Notes: a model not told the origin generated them from the letters alone. A DNA stretch of 63,169 bases from a virus (IMGVR_UViG_3300009184_000047:1-63169), one strand, 5' to 3'; shown: positions 29,301-38,893, numbered from the stretch's first letter. Translations and numbers: made by a program.

Positions 29301-32300
29301 CTCCTCAAGCTGAAGAAAAACCAGCAGTAAGATATGATCCATCTACAGATAAATATACTGGAAATATAAAGCTTGGTGATACAGTAAGCGATGGCAAAGA
29401 TAACTTTATTGTTACAAGAAGATCTGGCTATCTATTAGAAGTAGATAAAGTTACCCCAGAAGGAAGAAAGGTTTATGGATCTATTAATGTTGATCCTACA
29501 TCTACTGAATTTAAAAGTGATTTATATAAAGTAGCTGAAGCACCCAAGATAGAGGAAAAGAAACCGGAAGAAAAAGAAGATATTGATCAAAAAGACTATG
29601 ACCTTATTAAGTATGTAATTACCCATAATAAACCATTATCTAAGTTTAAATATATTCAAGAAGGAAGCCAAGGTGTTGGATTTCCTGTATGGATAAAAGT
29701 ATTAAAAGATCTTGGATATACTCCAGAAATAAAGCCAGTGAAGGTGATTGGCGGAGAAGAAAGATATAAAGATTTTATTTACGTTCCAGAGCTTGATGAA
29801 TCAGTAAATCAAGAAATTAAAAAACCAAAGGTTGAAGAAAAACCTACTGGAGAATTAAAGTCATTTCCAAAAGATATTCAAGTTAGACTTGAGCGCTTAC
29901 ATCGTCTTGCTACTTTAGCTGAAAAAAAAGTAATGGATAAGCCACTTACAATGAATGATGTTGTAAATGCTTATAACAGAGCTGAAGATTCTAAAAAAGA
30001 AGAGACTCTGGCAAACACTGAAAAGAGTATGGCTAAACAAGCCGAAGACAAGCTATTACTTAAGATTGAAAAAGAATATGTAACGCAGTTTGAATCCATG
30101 CCACCAAAGAAACAAGGATTAATTGCAGCAATCAAGAATGGTTCTCTTGATATATCTAAACAAGAATGGGCTAAAGATGCATACGATCTATTTAAAATTA
30201 AACAAGTTAAGGCGGCTACAAAACTAGAAGGTGTAAGTGATCCGGTTGCAGAACAGTTAAAGAAATTTAATGCTGGTGATTATAGAATGCCAGAAAAAGT
30301 ACGTGGAACAAAAGATGAATCGCTTCAGATGTCTGGCACACCAAGCGCAAAATACGCAGAAGAAGAAAATGAACGCAATTTTAAAGTTTATGAAGAGGCA
30401 GCTAAGTTATTCTTAGAAGGCCCATTGGATGCTAAGCCAGAAAAAATTCTTGAGACTGAAGGATTTAAAGATAATAGTATACAGCCACAACCAATTGAAA
30501 AGAAATCAGCGGATAAAGCTATTGCTAACGCTGAAGAACAAAACAAAGTTATATCTGAAATCATTGATAAAAAAGATGTTAGATATTATTTGGGTGGCAT
30601 ATTAATAGATCGTGAGAATGATCGCATGGTTACATGTGATGGTCACAGAGCAACTATATTAAAGAAACCAGATTACTCAAGCGTTCCTAATCCACCAGAA
30701 AAAACAACGGGTGATTTAATATTAAAAGATGATGGAACATGGATAGATGGTAAGTATCCTGCTATTGATCGAATTATCCCTGAATCACATGCTGATAATA
30801 AAATAACAGTTAATGCCAAAAATATTGCAGACTATGCTCGTGGAATTGAAAAGGCTAATAAGTTTCTTAAGTCTGACGAAGTATTTAGTATTTTTCTTCA
30901 AAATCCAGATGCATTTGGTACATTTAACGCTAAGTTTATTAGACAAATGGGAGACTTGTTTAGAAGATTTGGATATAAAGATATTATCTTAAGCCTTGAT
31001 GAGGGTAAAAAGCTATTTGCCACTTCCCCAGACGGTAAGTTGTCTCATATTGTTATGGGAATTAGAAGTAAAAATGAAATATTTAAAACATTCAGCAAGA
31101 TATTTAAGGTAGAAAAAGCCAAGGGAGCTAGAGGTGATGGTCAAACTATTGAGTCAATTAAAGACCGCATCATTAGAGAATTTGGTAGAAGCGTTCAACA
31201 GTTATTTAAAGATGGTGTTATTGTTGTAGTCAATACTGTTGCAGAGCTTGATCCAAAATACCAAAATGAACTAGACGCACAAGACAAAGCTTTCTTTGAT
31301 AAAGAAACTGGTGTGGCTTACATCATTGCTGATCGTGTATCTGCCGGTGATGTACGTGCAGTAGTGCTACATGAAGTTGGTGAACACTATGGCCTACGTG
31401 GCATGTTAGGTGAAAAGGTATATAACCAACAACTTGAGAATCTTAAGAAACAAAAAGACCGTGACATCATTGTAGCTAAAGCATGGGAGCATGTATTAAA
31501 GAACTATGCTAACTTACTTGAGACAGATGAAAAACAATTCTTACGTGAAGTGATGGCTCGTATTGGTGAAAGCGCACCAACTCACAATCTATTCCAACGC
31601 ATTAAGACAGCAATTAAAACCTTCCTAGTTAAGAAAGGCATTATTAAAAACTTAACGGGTGCAGAGCTACAGGATCTTGTTATGAGATCATTACATACAG
31701 TTGTTAAAGGTAGACGTGTATTGAGCAGTGGCACTGGATTAGAATCAGCCCGTGGACCAAGTGAACCAGATGCTAAACGTGAACTTGATGATGAGTTTAG
31801 AGCTAATGATGTTCCAGACGCACCATTCAACAATCAAAAAGATATTGCAGATAAGCTTACAGAAAATATTGGCGAAGCTAAAAAAGTAATTAGAGATGTA
31901 GCTGCTGCACCTAAACAATCTGGCATAAAGATGATTAGTGGATTAGATAAAGCCCTTACTACATTCAGAGTTAAGAACGTATTCTTTGGTGCCGGCATTG
32001 AAGAGACTGAAGCTAAAAAATATGCAGGAAAACTAATTGATGCCATGGGTAAGGCGGTTGCATCTGTATCATTAACCAATGCAATTCATGCTGGCCACAT
32101 TGCTGCCAATGTAATGGATTTAGGTAAACTTACATTTAATCAAGCAACGCAAATGTTCCAAGCTGTAAGATCTCAATTCAGTATGAGCAACGTATTTAAG
32201 CTTGAAAGAAAACTATTTAAAAAGCTAGGAAAACAAACTGCAACTAATTTAATCAATACATTCTTTGAGGCTAAACGTGCAAGAAGTATTCAAAATGAGT

Positions 32301-34564
32301 ACTTGAATAGAGAAGCTGAATTAGAACGTGCGCTTGATGCAAAAGAAGATCCTGAAGTAGCTCAACGTAACTATGAATCTATTGTAAAAGCTTATAAGAA
32401 AATACCAGAATATTTCCAACGTAGAAATGCTAATGGCGATCTAATGTTTACAGACGTGATTGAGAATGGTGAGATTGTAGATCAGTTACCAATCCTTAAT
32501 GATGATGTGATTGATGATTACATAAGAAAAGACCAAGACTTCCCAGAGCTAAAAGAAATGATGGATAACTGGACTGCCGTTAATCATAACATGATCGATA
32601 ACATGGTATTTGCTGGCATCATGAGTGAGAAACGTGGAGCTAATCTTAAATCAATTAAAGACTATGTGCCATGGTTCCGTATTCAAGATGATGCTGAAGA
32701 GTTGCATGCACCATCAAATTTTGTGGCTGGCCTTACAAATATCAGTAAAGAAAGAGTATTCCGCAAAGGTGCTGTGTCTGCACGTATTGATAACATGATT
32801 GATAACATGGTTTATAACACCATGATGATGACTCGTAACTCTATACGTAACTATGGCGCATTACAAATTGCTAAAGCATATGCTACTCGTAAACCAAATG
32901 GCAAGCTTCAAGTGTTTCCTAAAGAAGGTGTAATGCCGGATGGGGCAGTTAGAACTAACATCTTGGTTAATGGTAGACGTATTATTATTGAGATTAAAGA
33001 TCCGAATCATGCAGCTGCATTGATGGGACTTGAAAACTTAGAGCTTCCTATCCTAGATGTGTTAAGTAGTTTCTCTCAAGGTTTAAGACGTGGCGTTACA
33101 ACCAACCCATTCTTCCAATGGTGGCAGGTTTGGAAAGACGCACCTACAGCTGCAGCAGTTACAGGACTTAAGAGTCCATTAAAAGTTTGGGGAAAAATAT
33201 TAGGCAGCTTCTTTAGCGCCTTGAATCCTAACGATCCTATAGTGCAAACACTAAAATCATATGGTATCGGTGGCTTCCAAAGCTCAGGTAGAACAGCAGA
33301 AAAAGAAGTAGGTTTAACAAGGGGTCAAGCCCTTATGAATATTGGCCCATGGATCTTAAAAATATTAGATCATATTGGTGATGCTTCAGACTATGCTCAA
33401 CGTAGAATTATTTATCAAGAAGTATTAAAACAAGGTGGCACTGAGATGGAAGCTCTATTTAGAGCCAATGCTGTTATTGACTTCTTGCGCCATGGCAATA
33501 GTAAAAATGCGCTGATGCTTGTAAGAACAGTAACGTTTATGAATGCTTACATCCAACAGATTGATGTATTAGCTACATCTATGGCAGGTGGTGGATTTAA
33601 GGGCTTGGATAGGAAGAAAGCCAGGGAAAGATTCAGAAGAACAACATATACATTAATTGCTGTAGGTTTATTATATTGCATGATGAAAGGTGGTGATGAT
33701 GATTATGATAAGCTTGATGACCAAACTAAGATGAGAAACTTTATCATCGGTGACATGAAGATACCTATTAATACATCTTATGGCTTTATGTTTAAAGCTC
33801 TACCTGAAATGATATATAACTATATTATTAAACATGGAACAGACAATGCTATTGATGGAACACGATTAAGAAAAGCTTTAATGAAAGCAGCATTTGATTC
33901 GTTGCTTGGGCCTAATCCAATTCCTACGGGTGTTAGAGCGCCAGTTGAAATTATATTAAACCATGATTTCTTTACTGGTGGCACAGTGACTCCAAAAGGT
34001 ATGGAAACCTTAGATACGTATATGCAATATACAAGTTCAACATCTAACCTAGGAAAGCTAATGAGTCATCTTACACTTGGAACATTGAATCCAATTGAGT
34101 CTGATCACTTAATGAGAGGTTTATTTGGCACAGTTGGATCAACTGCTGGATGGTTATCTGATATGTTTACCAGTGACAAGCCAGAAAGAGTATGGGCTAG
34201 AAACCCAGTAATAGGTCAAGTATTCTTACCGCCTGAACCACGTGGCCGTGAAGATCTATTCTACGAACTTAAACAACGTTCAGATAAATCCTATAATACA
34301 TGGGAAACTCTTAATAAGAGAGGCCGTGCAGATGAGGCTGAGAAATACTTTGATAAAAATAAATCAACGATTATGGTACATGACTATATAACAAATGCTG
34401 AAGCTGGTTTAAAAGAGATTAATGCAGAGATAAGAAGACTATCTGACGATCCTAGATTAACATCAGCAGAAAAACGTGAACAAATTACTATATTCCAACA
34501 ACAAAAGAACAATATATTAGAAAGTGTTAATCAGGAACGTCTCCGGGCTGAACGATCTGAGTAA
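26348..34564 (+). CDS. Giant polyvalent ejection protein (beta-clamp-like domain, zincin-like motif, probable LPD38-type C-terminus)
   Basis: 2738 aa, last gene of the virion module; DVRYYLGG...TCDGHR; LHEVGEHYG; C-terminal helical region. Confidence 0.75.
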   Translation: MANITPTVNVTPEEQPKYVTDPELLKELNSVGTPKSSAAGYVTDPELLNQLNAPAQPKIQQQSLITPEMLQGKAEAPGNTSLADFLVHPIDTLTGKDKVSDQSLNDLVTGQELPGGSHPFLASTAKGIMNFKSMVNDQFISEILPLIEDHKRQYGLNYEKATPEQRKDFLNSEAELATHLNKQAQYNKDVEAVTKKYGTDDFSKKADSLYSKPEFQEASPLKQFQMYGNLVLSHPADLPAHIATVSLESLPTSLTSIVAATMANFMKLGPSGAAYAGGAASGATEFATEYVDLRQQGKSHEEATMQAGVKSTLIGNMDARSFDSAGKALDRIMGQVDKGIVKRVLSTAKETAKELNKQGMYGAAGEVLGSIASGQKVDPRAALDEYFGELATGPLEALTTYRGKLAEEQAAGAPPAPPGTPPPGGGAPPTPGAISDTEFDVADIPGTPPTTPPPATPAVEPEKTLETNQALPIVPELQSKVDEYSELLKKYDPVAYTHMMADINNGLIQSEDSLKEYKRSYDEIVKARQKRAELEQEKNDLAKDLIATDYGRSLNIKWDKGEIKTLEDLQPFRDLVREKATRNVLKAQMAPKSIEDKAVEKEARELQSEISKYNPSFAEGMKSAIDKGSVQTSEDLDFYKRRLQEYKTRSGEEKSTIKETYGWKSFYDDEAELADKEKTLANAPQSIKDKVAKADQLIQKIADKVNEAGYSMVFSGEAPDNIRNLQRRASGISGTIAAVLNKSKAIQKNYKRANPERLDQRLSDLEEEAQGSVSDLNQVDVTSMKLNKLLDAEIKTATQEGRGQDILDKLSEDNITPKSVANKFWDETYFKLPAETQSYFRKYLNKLTSFKPGSVLAVDREGNSVIAKDWIEVGKDHAIDLGNDAEKLEGTERGYVALMDEANRRMAEKKEAQPKIAALKVAIDDYVTFKEPVIQYKGNQPFKAEKTIRGRVVSIKPNGDLELKSIEGYYTKPVSEVTAEQKEVTPQAEEKPAVRYDPSTDKYTGNIKLGDTVSDGKDNFIVTRRSGYLLEVDKVTPEGRKVYGSINVDPTSTEFKSDLYKVAEAPKIEEKKPEEKEDIDQKDYDLIKYVITHNKPLSKFKYIQEGSQGVGFPVWIKVLKDLGYTPEIKPVKVIGGEERYKDFIYVPELDESVNQEIKKPKVEEKPTGELKSFPKDIQVRLERLHRLATLAEKKVMDKPLTMNDVVNAYNRAEDSKKEETLANTEKSMAKQAEDKLLLKIEKEYVTQFESMPPKKQGLIAAIKNGSLDISKQEWAKDAYDLFKIKQVKAATKLEGVSDPVAEQLKKFNAGDYRMPEKVRGTKDESLQMSGTPSAKYAEEENERNFKVYEEAAKLFLEGPLDAKPEKILETEGFKDNSIQPQPIEKKSADKAIANAEEQNKVISEIIDKKDVRYYLGGILIDRENDRMVTCDGHRATILKKPDYSSVPNPPEKTTGDLILKDDGTWIDGKYPAIDRIIPESHADNKITVNAKNIADYARGIEKANKFLKSDEVFSIFLQNPDAFGTFNAKFIRQMGDLFRRFGYKDIILSLDEGKKLFATSPDGKLSHIVMGIRSKNEIFKTFSKIFKVEKAKGARGDGQTIESIKDRIIREFGRSVQQLFKDGVIVVVNTVAELDPKYQNELDAQDKAFFDKETGVAYIIADRVSAGDVRAVVLHEVGEHYGLRGMLGEKVYNQQLENLKKQKDRDIIVAKAWEHVLKNYANLLETDEKQFLREVMARIGESAPTHNLFQRIKTAIKTFLVKKGIIKNLTGAELQDLVMRSLHTVVKGRRVLSSGTGLESARGPSEPDAKRELDDEFRANDVPDAPFNNQKDIADKLTENIGEAKKVIRDVAAAPKQSGIKMISGLDKALTTFRVKNVFFGAGIEETEAKKYAGKLIDAMGKAVASVSLTNAIHAGHIAANVMDLGKLTFNQATQMFQAVRSQFSMSNVFKLERKLFKKLGKQTATNLINTFFEAKRARSIQNEYLNREAELERALDAKEDPEVAQRNYESIVKAYKKIPEYFQRRNANGDLMFTDVIENGEIVDQLPILNDDVIDDYIRKDQDFPELKEMMDNWTAVNHNMIDNMVFAGIMSEKRGANLKSIKDYVPWFRIQDDAEELHAPSNFVAGLTNISKERVFRKGAVSARIDNMIDNMVYNTMMMTRNSIRNYGALQIAKAYATRKPNGKLQVFPKEGVMPDGAVRTNILVNGRRIIIEIKDPNHAAALMGLENLELPILDVLSSFSQGLRRGVTTNPFFQWWQVWKDAPTAAAVTGLKSPLKVWGKILGSFFSALNPNDPIVQTLKSYGIGGFQSSGRTAEKEVGLTRGQALMNIGPWILKILDHIGDASDYAQRRIIYQEVLKQGGTEMEALFRANAVIDFLRHGNSKNALMLVRTVTFMNAYIQQIDVLATSMAGGGFKGLDRKKARERFRRTTYTLIAVGLLYCMMKGGDDDYDKLDDQTKMRNFIIGDMKIPINTSYGFMFKALPEMIYNYIIKHGTDNAIDGTRLRKALMKAAFDSLLGPNPIPTGVRAPVEIILNHDFFTGGTVTPKGMETLDTYMQYTSSTSNLGKLMSHLTLGTLNPIESDHLMRGLFGTVGSTAGWLSDMFTSDKPERVWARNPVIGQVFLPPEPRGREDLFYELKQRSDKSYNTWETLNKRGRADEAEKYFDKNKSTIMVHDYITNAEAGLKEINAEIRRLSDDPRLTSAEKREQITIFQQQKNNILESVNQERLRAERSE

Positions 34565-34904
34565 TCACTACGTCACAAGATCCACCCTTAGTAACATCCA
34601 TCCTAGTAATACATAACTTATCTATTTGAGAATCATTCTCATATACTCCAGCATGTTCTAATGCATCTAACAATGGCTTTAGCACGTTATCTACATCACG
34701 CTTCCTATTATCGGGAGGGTATAGGTATACCTCCATCTTCAATCGTGCGTTTAATGGGCCTTTACGTGCGTTATAGGCACATAAAAACACAGCTTCTCTA
34801 AACTCTTTTCCTTTCTTTCCTAAAAACTTCTTAGAACCTAGCTGGCCCCAATAGTGATTTACGGTAGGAGGATAGGGTAATGTTATTTTGAGTTCGGATG
34901 TCAT
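34527..34904 (-). CDS. rusA: RusA-family Holliday junction resolvase
   Basis: LPYPPTVNHYW and RDVDNVLKPLLDAL...NDSQI motifs; start revised to MTSELK. Confidence 0.9.
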   Translation of the reverse strand: MTSELKITLPYPPTVNHYWGQLGSKKFLGKKGKEFREAVFLCAYNARKGPLNARLKMEVYLYPPDNRKRDVDNVLKPLLDALEHAGVYENDSQIDKLCITRMDVTKGGSCDVVITQIVQPGDVPD

Positions 34905-34911
34905 AAGTGTT

Positions 34912-34941
34912 ATTATAGCAGATGAATTAATATAGGTACAA
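34912..34941 (-). promoter_or_regulatory. Sigma70-type promoter for rusA
   Basis: TTGTAC-18 nt-TATAAT with TGn extension on the minus strand. Confidence 0.6.
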
Positions 34942-34945
34942 CCTA

Positions 34946-34974
34946 TTGACATGTATTTTATTCTATGCCACTAT
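34946..34974 (+). promoter_or_regulatory. Sigma70-type promoter for the rightward recombination operon
   Basis: TTGACA-17 nt-CACTAT with TG extension. Confidence 0.5.
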
Positions 34975-35005
34975 GTTGTTTCATTATATACGAGGATTTT
35001 GTGTA

Positions 35006-35143
35006 ATGGAACCATTAACAGCGTTTGTACAGATTATGTGTTTATTCTTTGGGTACCAAGATAAGCATGATAAATTTATGGATGAATGTTTAAAAACAAA
35101 GACTCAGGTCGAATGTCAACAATTATGGAGGGAACAAAAATGA
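35006..35143 (+). CDS. Small hypothetical protein
   Basis: GAGGA RBS before MEPLTAF; start revised. Confidence 0.55.
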   Translation: MEPLTAFVQIMCLFFGYQDKHDKFMDECLKTKTQVECQQLWREQK

Positions 35144-35424
35144 AAAGGTTTTTAGTGTTATCAGAAGTAGAAATGGAAGATATTCAATATCATGATCTTA
35201 ATAAGAAAGGTATTGAAACAACAGATTTTATTATTTCAGTCTTAGCAGATCATGGCCGTGGTCGTGGTTTAAAAATTAAAATGCGTTGCTTGGAAAATGA
35301 ATATCATTTGCTTGATGACGTATGTAAAGCAGCTGATTCAATAGCAAAAGATAAAGCATTTGATGAGTTAGAAGAAACACTACTAAATAATCAATTGTGT
35401 GTATCTGGGAATTGTGGTGAATAA
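35140..35424 (+). CDS. Hypothetical protein
   Basis: ATGA overlap with the upstream gene, GGAGG RBS; start revised to MKRFLV. Confidence 0.65.
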   Translation: MKRFLVLSEVEMEDIQYHDLNKKGIETTDFIISVLADHGRGRGLKIKMRCLENEYHLLDDVCKAADSIAKDKAFDELEETLLNNQLCVSGNCGE

Positions 35425-36299
35425 TGAAAATTACTAACAAATTTAAATTGCCCCAGCCATTTGTGAATGTAGCAAAAAATCCAAATTACTCAAAAGGCAA
35501 AGCTCATATATCTGCAACAGGTCTTTTAAATAGCCCCAAGATTCTTGCTTTAATGAAAAAGTTTGATGATGATCTTGAGCAAGATGTTATGGATATGGTG
35601 CCTCAAATGATGGGTACTGCATTTCATCATATGCTTGAACAAGGCTTTGATAATGAAAACATTATAGAACAAAGATTTCATGCAGAAATAGATGGTTGGA
35701 AAATATCAGGTGCAGTAGATCTTCAAGTAGTAGAACAAAATGGACTGCACATTAAAGATTATAAGACAACATCTGTATGGGCTGTCATGAATGACAAGCC
35801 TGAATGGGAACAACAGCTTAATATCTATGCATGGTTATTTGAAGAAAATAAGAAAGAAAAAGTTCAGTCTTTAGAGATCGTTGCGATATTAAAAGATTGG
35901 AGCAAGGGCGAAGCAAGTCGCAAGCCGGACTATCCACAACAAAGAGTTGTTATGGTCCCTATTAGACTTTGGTCAACAGAAGAGCAAGAAAAGTTTATTA
36001 AGGATAGAATAGCTAAACATAGCGCTTGTGAATTTGCTATGGAAACAGGCGGAAACTTACCAGACTGCACTCCAGAAGAGATGTGGGAAAAGCCGGCTGT
36101 ATGGGCTTTAATTAGACAAGGTAATACTAGAGCCAAGTCTTTACATGATTCTCCAGCATCAGCAGAAGAAGCAAAAAAAGAAGCTGGATCTGGCTATGAT
36201 ATACAAATTAGACAGGGCGAAAGAACTCGTTGCAAAGACTATTGTTTGGTTAATAATTATTGCCAACAATATAGAGATTACTTGGAGAAACAAGCATGA
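35424..36299 (+). CDS. PD-(D/E)XK (RecB/Cas4-like) exonuclease
   Basis: GTAFH, SGAVD, DYKTT, QLNIY motifs and C-terminal CxxxCxxxxxC. Confidence 0.8.
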   Translation: MKITNKFKLPQPFVNVAKNPNYSKGKAHISATGLLNSPKILALMKKFDDDLEQDVMDMVPQMMGTAFHHMLEQGFDNENIIEQRFHAEIDGWKISGAVDLQVVEQNGLHIKDYKTTSVWAVMNDKPEWEQQLNIYAWLFEENKKEKVQSLEIVAILKDWSKGEASRKPDYPQQRVVMVPIRLWSTEEQEKFIKDRIAKHSACEFAMETGGNLPDCTPEEMWEKPAVWALIRQGNTRAKSLHDSPASAEEAKKEAGSGYDIQIRQGERTRCKDYCLVNNYCQQYRDYLEKQA

Positions 36300-36538
36300 G
36301 TAAAAATGTAGGCGCAGGGAACGGATATGATTGGCATGATGCAGTTAATCATCCCAAACATTATACAAGTCATCCAAGTGGTGTTGAATGTATACAAATT
36401 ACCGAACATATGTCATTCTGTCTTGGTAATGCACAAAAATATATTTGGAGGGCTGATTTAAAGCATGATGCAATAGAAGATATAGATAAAGCTATATGGT
36501 ATTTACAACGTGAAAAACAAAGGAGACTTAAGAAATGA
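36296..36538 (+). CDS. DUF3310 family protein (T7 gp1.7 / SaV-like)
   Basis: VNHPKHY...ECI...GNAQKYIWRA...EDIDKAIWYL. Confidence 0.85.
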   Translation: MSKNVGAGNGYDWHDAVNHPKHYTSHPSGVECIQITEHMSFCLGNAQKYIWRADLKHDAIEDIDKAIWYLQREKQRRLKK

Positions 36539-37218
36539 ACGTATATAAAAAGTTACAACAAGCAAGGATGGCTTTGCAAAAAGCAACCTTGAAAAAATCC
36601 GGCAGAAATAAATTTGCTGGGTATGAGTATTTTGAATTAGCAGACTTTCTACCAACGATTCAAACAATCTTTGTAGAGGTAGGCTTATGTGGGACTGTAT
36701 CATTTGGTACAGAATTGGCAACGTTAACCATCGTAGACACGGATGCAACTACTGATACACAACCAAACTTTGTGATATTTAGTTCACCTATGTCTACGGC
36801 TGAGTTAAAGGGCTGTCATGCAATTCAGAACCTTGGGGCAGTGCAGACTTATTTGAGACGCTATCTTTGGGTGGCAGCGATGGAGATTGTGGAACATGAC
36901 GCTCTAGATGCTGTAACTGGCAAGGACGAACCAAAAAAAGCTGAACCTACAGTAGCAAGTCCACCGATTGTAGGTAAACCTGGTGAGTGGCAAATAGAAG
37001 CATCTCCAAAACCTGATGGTGATCCTGTGATGTGGTTAAATTCCATTGATCAAGCAGTCACTATGGGCCTAAAAATGGCAAATAAAGTAGATGATCTTTT
37101 AATGATATTCCAAAAGAACAAATCTTTGTTTGAGCTTGTTGAAAAAACTGACAAGATATTCTATATAGAACTCATGGCAAAATTTACTGAAACAAAACAA
37201 AAACTAGAAGGGAAATAA
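36535..37218 (+). CDS. erf: ERF-family single-strand annealing protein
   Basis: KKSGRNKFAGYEY...QNLGAVQTYLRRY. Confidence 0.8.
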   Translation: MNVYKKLQQARMALQKATLKKSGRNKFAGYEYFELADFLPTIQTIFVEVGLCGTVSFGTELATLTIVDTDATTDTQPNFVIFSSPMSTAELKGCHAIQNLGAVQTYLRRYLWVAAMEIVEHDALDAVTGKDEPKKAEPTVASPPIVGKPGEWQIEASPKPDGDPVMWLNSIDQAVTMGLKMANKVDDLLMIFQKNKSLFELVEKTDKIFYIELMAKFTETKQKLEGK

Positions 37219-37220
37219 TC

Positions 37221-37481
37221 ATGGCTGAAATTAGATTAAACAGTGGCTCTTTGAGTCAAAATAGAAAAAAGCTTACGGAGAAACATCCGGATCATGTAGG
37301 AAAAATTAATGTAGATCGTAACTTACTTATGGATTTATTAGCTAAACATGCTGATAGTCCAGTAATTAAGTTATCTTTATCTGCATGGAACAAAACGAAT
37401 GGTGAGACTGGAGACGGTTTTTTAAGCCTATCTGTATCAGAACCATATGAAAAACCAGTAACGAATCCCTGGGAGCAGTAA
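37221..37481 (+). CDS. Putative ssDNA-binding protein (DUF736-like)
   Basis: HPDHVG...LSAW...FLSLSV; follows ERF. Confidence 0.55.
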   Translation: MAEIRLNSGSLSQNRKKLTEKHPDHVGKINVDRNLLMDLLAKHADSPVIKLSLSAWNKTNGETGDGFLSLSVSEPYEKPVTNPWEQ

Positions 37482-37903
37482 TGGATAAGTTCGAGTTTGA
37501 AGCTGTTAAGTATGCTTTTAAACAAGATAAAAATGGTTGTGTTTTAACTCTAGTGATACATCCCGATGATCTCCCTGAATCAGTGTTCAGGGATTTCATT
37601 GGTGCTAGATATAAAATTGAAGGCATAAGACTTAACGGACGTGACGAGCCAATTGACAGGCAAGAAGAATTTGCTGGAGATAGAGCTGTAAAAATAGCTG
37701 GCATGCTTTGTCGTGAGACTAAGTTTTGGGATTTCTTGCATTCAAAAAGTGAAATACCAACCAAAGACTATGAATCTGCTACACAGTGGTTAAGGTTTTA
37801 TTTAGATTTAGAATCAAGAGCGCAGCTTAAAACAAACGTAGCAGCTCAAGAAAAGTTAGTTAATTTATATAGGGAATATAGCTCATGGAAACCGACAAGC
37901 TAA
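37481..37903 (+). CDS. Hypothetical protein
   Basis: 140 aa coupled ORF. Confidence 0.7.
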   Translation: MDKFEFEAVKYAFKQDKNGCVLTLVIHPDDLPESVFRDFIGARYKIEGIRLNGRDEPIDRQEEFAGDRAVKIAGMLCRETKFWDFLHSKSEIPTKDYESATQWLRFYLDLESRAQLKTNVAAQEKLVNLYREYSSWKPTS

Positions 37904-38169
37904 TACCTTATTCAGTTTACTTACCAAAGGAACTGCATAAGAAACTTAAGGCGCTTGCTAAAGATAGAAAAGCTTCAGAGCTGATTCGTAATGCCATTCA
38001 AATGATTATTGATGGTAATACTGCATATAACAGCGGTTACAATAAAGCGTTAAAAGATGTTATTCAAGTAGTTATTTCTGATGATTATGCAATGGTTATT
38101 TCTGTTCATAATAAAGCTATAGGTTTAAGAATTATTGATGACATTAAAACTTTGGAGTTATCAAAATGA
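37885..38169 (+). CDS. Ribbon-helix-helix DNA-binding protein
   Basis: YSVYLPKELHKKLK...SELIRNAI. Confidence 0.65.
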   Translation: METDKLIPYSVYLPKELHKKLKALAKDRKASELIRNAIQMIIDGNTAYNSGYNKALKDVIQVVISDDYAMVISVHNKAIGLRIIDDIKTLELSK

Positions 38170-38348
38170 CAAATAACGAAAAAGAGTATATGGAGTCATT
38201 GTATGCTGGGCTTGCCATGATGGGTTATCTCATTCGTGGCGCTCCCATACATAAAATACCAGACGATGCAAAAGCTATGGCCAAAGCTATGATGGGTAAT
38301 GAGCCTACAGTAGGACTTCCTGCAATTAAAAGAAGAACAAGAAAATGA
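38166..38348 (+). CDS. Hypothetical protein
   Basis: GGAG RBS, coupled. Confidence 0.6.
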   Translation: MTNNEKEYMESLYAGLAMMGYLIRGAPIHKIPDDAKAMAKAMMGNEPTVGLPAIKRRTRK

Positions 38349-38518
38349 ATGATAAAAGATACTGCTCATCATGTTTGCAATTTAGGACTGCAGAATCTGG
38401 CAAGTTAGTTAATACAGCCAATAAACATATTAGACGCTTTAAATGCGCTATATGTTTAAGCAAGATGGTTAAACCAAAAAAGGAGCTTTATGTTTCAAGA
38501 GCTTATCAAAATAGCTGA
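38345..38518 (+). CDS. 57-aa zinc-finger protein (not in ORF track)
   Basis: MNDKRYCSSC...FKCAIC; ATGA overlap. Confidence 0.6.
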   Translation: MNDKRYCSSCLQFRTAESGKLVNTANKHIRRFKCAICLSKMVKPKKELYVSRAYQNS

Positions 38519-38693
38519 AGAGTTATATACAATAGACAGGCCTTTAGGTATTAAACTTGGCAAATGCTTAGAAGGTCTAGGTAAGAAAGTAGCTGAACAT
38601 AATAAAGAATCTAAAGAAATGTATGTTAAAATCAAGCGCTTAGAGTCTAAGATAAAGACTTTAGAAGCCAATATGCGTAGGAGAATGCACTGA
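38490..38693 (+). CDS. Hypothetical coiled-coil protein
   Basis: AAGGAG RBS. Confidence 0.6.
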   Translation: MFQELIKIAEELYTIDRPLGIKLGKCLEGLGKKVAEHNKESKEMYVKIKRLESKIKTLEANMRRRMH

Positions 38694-38893
38694 TGGAAAA
38701 CTATAAACAATGGATGGAACAAAAACTTACATCCGAAGATATGGATAGACTGCCTAAAGTATATAAGCCATTAACCCAAGAACAGATCCTAGATATTCTT
38801 TTACAAAATAAATGGAATATAGGTGATAATGACGGGTTGACAGATATTGTTAACTTAGTACGATCTATAGAAAAAGCACATAACATTACATAA
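38693..38893 (+). CDS. Hypothetical protein
   Basis: AGGAG RBS, coupled. Confidence 0.6.
   Translation: MENYKQWMEQKLTSEDMDRLPKVYKPLTQEQILDILLQNKWNIGDNDGLTDIVNLVRSIEKAHNIT

Noticed and set aside
35424-36299. Cas4-like nuclease as evidence of a CRISPR system
   Set aside because: No array or other cas genes; it sits with ERF and an SSB-like gene as a recombination exonuclease.
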